From: Candidatus Aminicenantes bacterium
Lineage (GTDB): Bacteria; Acidobacteriota; Aminicenantia; Aminicenantales; Saccharicenantaceae
Length of the DNA: 64,000 nt
Reading direction: 5' to 3'
Assembly: GCA_963773685.1 (NCBI GenBank)
Contig: CAVZBY010000011.1
Coordinates: 469,532-533,531 of the forward strand
Below, piece by piece: positions 60,987 through 64,000 of this stretch. The notes under the pieces were generated by a model. It was not told the DNA's origin. It did not search any database and saw only the letters and a program-made list of their open reading frames with translations. Position 1 is the stretch's first letter. The number at the start of each line of letters is the position of its first letter. Made by a program: the position numbers and the translations under genes.

Positions 60987-62360
60987 ATGGAACTGCCGAC
61001 GAGCCTGCTGGTCATTTCCCGGGATTTCTCCCTCTACGACACGGTGAAACGGTCCTCCCTGCCGGGCGACACGAGCCTGTTCTTCTGCCAGCCCGACGAG
61101 GACCTCATCGCGGTCGTCCGCGAGAACGGGATCCGGACCGCCCTCCTCGACGCTCCCAAGTCCGGGCCCGACGCCGCCGTCCTGCTCAAGAAGCTGAAGC
61201 GCTTCGACCCGCTGATCGACGTCGTTATCCTGGGGGACGAGACCGGGCCGGAGGCCATCCTCGATTGGATCCACAAGGGAGCGACCGACCACGTCCCGAA
61301 GCCCATCCAGGCCGGATCGATCGCCGCGGTCCTGGCGCGGATCGCGGAGCGGCGGACCCTGCGCAAGGAGACCTTCCAGCTGGAGAAGAAGCTGGAGCGG
61401 AAATACGTCTTCCAGGGCATGGTCAGCCGGAACCCGACGATGCTCGAGGTCTTCGCCCTCATCGAGAACATCGCCAGGCATTTCTCGGCCGTCCTCGTCA
61501 CCGGAGAGACCGGAACGGGCAAGGAGGGCGCCGCCCGCGCCATCCACGCCCTGAGCCCCTTCAAGGACAAGCCTCTCGTCGTCTGCGACTGCGCCGCCAT
61601 CCCCGAGAACCTTTTCGAGTCCGAGCTCTTCGGCTACCGGAAGGGGGCGTTCACCGGGGCGGACCGGGACAAGCGCGGGCTGTTCAAGGAGGCGGACCAG
61701 GGCGTCATCTTCCTCGACGAGATCGCCGAGATCCCCGCGCCCGTCCAGTCCAAGCTTTTGCGCGTCCTGGAGAACCACCAGTTCCGGCCCCTGGGCGCCA
61801 CGGAGAACACGGACGTCGAGGTCCGGATCATCGCGGCGACGAACCGCGATCTCGGCGAGGCCATCCGGGCGGGCACGTTCCGGGAGGACCTCTACCACCG
61901 TTTGAACCGGGTCGAGATCCGGCTCCCGCCGCTCCGGGAGCGGCTCGAGGACATCCCGCTGCTCGTCCGGCATTTCGTCCAGGCTTTCGGAAAGGAATAC
62001 TCCAAGAATCTGCGCGGCGTCTCCCGGGACGTCCAGAAGATCTTCCTGAAGTACGACTGGCCGGGGAACGTCCGGGAGCTGGAGAACGTCCTGGAGAGCG
62101 CCTCGATGGTCTGCCGGAAGGACTTCATCGAGGTCGCCAACCTGCCCAAGCACCTCAGGGACTTCGAAGCCCCCGCCGGGGCCCTGTCCCTCCTGCGCAA
62201 GGAGACCCTGTCCACGCTGGAGAGCCTGGAGCGGGAATATATCGTCTATCTGCTGAAGGTCACGAAGAACAACCTGCGGCGGACGGCGGGCATCCTGGGG
62301 ATCTCCCGGACGACGCTCTATAACAAGATGGCGAAGTTCAACCTCGCCCGGAAGCCCTAG
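60987..62360 (+). CDS. sigma-54-dependent transcriptional activator (NtrC-family bEBP) with atypical receiver-like N-terminal domain
   Basis: 457 aa. The AAA+ core has GETGTGKE, the GAFTGA loop (RKGAFTGADRDKRG), and WPGNVRELEN. It has a C-terminal Fis-type HTH (RRTAGILGISRTTLYNKM). The N-terminal ~120 aa are REC-like, but with SRD in place of the acidic DD/DE pair. Confidence 0.9.
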   Translation: MELPTSLLVISRDFSLYDTVKRSSLPGDTSLFFCQPDEDLIAVVRENGIRTALLDAPKSGPDAAVLLKKLKRFDPLIDVVILGDETGPEAILDWIHKGATDHVPKPIQAGSIAAVLARIAERRTLRKETFQLEKKLERKYVFQGMVSRNPTMLEVFALIENIARHFSAVLVTGETGTGKEGAARAIHALSPFKDKPLVVCDCAAIPENLFESELFGYRKGAFTGADRDKRGLFKEADQGVIFLDEIAEIPAPVQSKLLRVLENHQFRPLGATENTDVEVRIIAATNRDLGEAIRAGTFREDLYHRLNRVEIRLPPLRERLEDIPLLVRHFVQAFGKEYSKNLRGVSRDVQKIFLKYDWPGNVRELENVLESASMVCRKDFIEVANLPKHLRDFEAPAGALSLLRKETLSTLESLEREYIVYLLKVTKNNLRRTAGILGISRTTLYNKMAKFNLARKP

Positions 62361-62980
62361 AACATATACCCGAGGAGGAAGGACACCGATCCGTTCCGGA
62401 TGTCGTCGTCCGGTTCCTTGGACAAGGTCAGCAGCCCGGCCGTATAGCGCACGTCGAACGTGATGCGCCCCTTCCCGACGGGGACCTCGACCCCCGCCCC
62501 GGCCGCCAGCCCGAGATCGAAGCCCATGACGTTATCCAGCGCCTCCTCCTGGGACTCGCCGGCGAACCGCGCGTCGACCCTGGCGCGGATGTTCAGGGCG
62601 GGCGCCGGGCCCGCGAATACATGGGTCCGGAAGCTCCGGAAGAGCGGGAAATAGAGCTTGGCGAGGATCGGCAGCTCGACGTATTCGAGGCTCATGATCT
62701 CCCGGTACGCGTCCGCCCCCTGCCCGTTGACGTACTTGGACCCCTTCATCACGAACAGCAGCTCCGGCTGGAGGGCGAACCGGGCGCCGAACCGGTAGGA
62801 CATGAATATCCCGTAGCTGAAGCCCGCTCGGAACTTCTGATCGTAGACGTCCCGGCCGAAAACGTTGGACAGCGCCACCCCGGCCTTGATGCCGAATTCG
62901 GTGACCTCGGAGGGAACGGCGACGGGCGCGGCCGCCAGGACCGACAGGACCACCAGAAGCGCCGGAAGCGATCTTTTCAT
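62357..62980 (-). CDS. outer-membrane beta-barrel protein (OMP_b-brl/PorT-like family)
   Basis: The start is taken at MKRSLPALLVVLSVLAAAPVAV (ATG 62980). It has alternating-residue beta strands (FGIKAGVALSNVFG, FSYGIFMSYRFG, LQPELLFVMKGS) and a C-terminal aromatic residue (..LLGYMF*). Confidence 0.7.
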   Translation of the reverse strand: MKRSLPALLVVLSVLAAAPVAVPSEVTEFGIKAGVALSNVFGRDVYDQKFRAGFSYGIFMSYRFGARFALQPELLFVMKGSKYVNGQGADAYREIMSLEYVELPILAKLYFPLFRSFRTHVFAGPAPALNIRARVDARFAGESQEEALDNVMGFDLGLAAGAGVEVPVGKGRITFDVRYTAGLLTLSKEPDDDIRNGSVSFLLGYMF

Positions 62981-63006
62981 TCCAGGATCTCCTTTCCCGG
63001 GGCCGC

Positions 63007-64000
63007 TCAATCGGAGACGACGGTCCGGTTCCCTCCGAGCTCCTTGGCCCTGTACATGGCCTTGTCGGCCCTGGCCAGGACCTCGGCGGGGATCTCGTGC
63101 TCCTTGATCAGGGCCAGGCCGATGCTGAGGCTGAGCCGGGAATCGCCCATTTCGGGGATGAACGCATGGTCCGCCACGGCCTCGCAGAGCCTCTGGGCGA
63201 ACTTCCGGGCCTCGGCGAGGTCGAGGTCCTCGAGGAGGACCGCGAACTCGTCCCCGCCCAGTCGGGTCAGGAGGTCGCTCGCCCGCATGAGCTTGCGGAG
63301 CAGGACGCCCAGCTCCCTGAGCACCGTATCGCCCGCGCCATGGCCGTATCGGTCGTTGACGTCCTTGAACCGGTCCAGGTCCAGGACGAGGACGACGCTG
63401 TCGACATCGCGCTCCGCCCGGGAGATGACGCGGGGCAGGTCGGTCTCGATCACGCGCCTGTTGGGCAGCCCGGTCAGCTGGTCGTGGGTAGCCTGGTAGA
63501 ACAGGTCCTGCTCATGGGTCTTCCGCTCGGTGATGTCGTAACAGGAGCCGAGGAACCCGGCGAATTCGCCGTCCAGGTCGCGGAAAGGCCGGCCCACGTT
63601 CAGCATCCAGCGGAACTTCCCGTCGTTCCGCCGGACCCGGAACTCCATCTCGAACGGCCGGTGCGCGCCGACGGCGCCCGCATAGACGTCCCGGAACCTC
63701 TCGAGATCGTCCGGGTGCAGTCCCTGCGTCCAGCCTTCGCCGACCTCCTCCTCCATGCCCTTTCCGGTGAACTGGAGCCAGGCCCTGTTGAAGTAATCGA
63801 AACGGCCGTCGGACCCGGCCCTCCAGATGAGGGTCGGGAATTCCTCGAACAGGGTCAGGTAGAAGTCCCGCGCCCGGGCCACGGTCCGCTCCGCCTGTTT
63901 CAGGTAGGAGATGTCGTTGAGCAGGACGATCGTCCCGACGAACTTCTCGTAGAGGTCGCGCCGCCGCTTGAGCTTGATCTGGAAATGGATGAGTCCGTCC
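63007..64000 (-). CDS. PAS-domain diguanylate cyclase (GGDEF), 5' end beyond the right edge (partial)
   Basis: It has the PAS core FEEFPTLIWRAGSDGRFDYFNRAWLQFTG..CYDITERK and the GGDEF domain with RLGGDEFAVLL. The reading frame stays open upstream of the track's start to position 64000 (..TIVLLNDISYLKQAERT..), indicating another PAS module off-window. Confidence 0.85.
   Translation of the reverse strand, partial: DGLIHFQIKLKRRRDLYEKFVGTIVLLNDISYLKQAERTVARARDFYLTLFEEFPTLIWRAGSDGRFDYFNRAWLQFTGKGMEEEVGEGWTQGLHPDDLERFRDVYAGAVGAHRPFEMEFRVRRNDGKFRWMLNVGRPFRDLDGEFAGFLGSCYDITERKTHEQDLFYQATHDQLTGLPNRRVIETDLPRVISRAERDVDSVVLVLDLDRFKDVNDRYGHGAGDTVLRELGVLLRKLMRASDLLTRLGGDEFAVLLEDLDLAEARKFAQRLCEAVADHAFIPEMGDSRLSLSIGLALIKEHEIPAEVLARADKAMYRAKELGGNRTVVSD

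Overview
This is a GC-rich chromosomal segment; nearly every real gene has G/C at third codon positions. It comes from a diderm bacterium, shown by ADP-heptose/heptosyltransferase LPS genes, a BamB-like propeller and an OM beta-barrel protein. AOR, tungstate uptake and FeoAB give it an anaerobe-like flavour. Most of the window is housekeeping: hup, uvrB, uvrC, feoAB, alr, secA, guaB, panBCD, trmH and two tRNAs. There are also two divergent ECF sigma/anti-sigma envelope-stress modules, a large tungsten/molybdenum-cofactor block (AOR, MoaD-like, MobB-ThiF fusion, moaB, MOSC, moaC, moaA, moeA, tupABC), and a sigma-54 activator next to a giant secreted M14-peptidase-like protein. Many very long ORFs in the track (1108, 967, 922 and 863 aa, among others) are antisense or out-of-frame shadows of real genes and I rejected them. 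Features with no ORF explanation are:
- a Moco/Tuco-type riboswitch with a terminator upstream of tupA;
- a 560-bp repeat-dense, highly structured gap between the convergent trmH and htrA;
- a 26-bp perfect inverted repeat between the two ECF sigma operons;
- tandem hairpin repeats between moaB and mobB-thiF;
- a textbook -35/-10 promoter that implies a near-leaderless mobB-thiF mRNA;
- a sigma-54 promoter-like site;
- an AT-rich islet abutting tRNA-Leu.
Three genes (AOR, a dNK-like gene, the M14 giant) each need a 1-nt frame correction. Two gene remnants (an ECF sigma and a TlpA-like thioredoxin fold) are also present. I found no CRISPR array, transposase, integrase or recognisable defence system. 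Nothing here is proven novel; the candidates are flagged with explicit tests. All homology calls come from reading motifs by eye, because no searches could be run.
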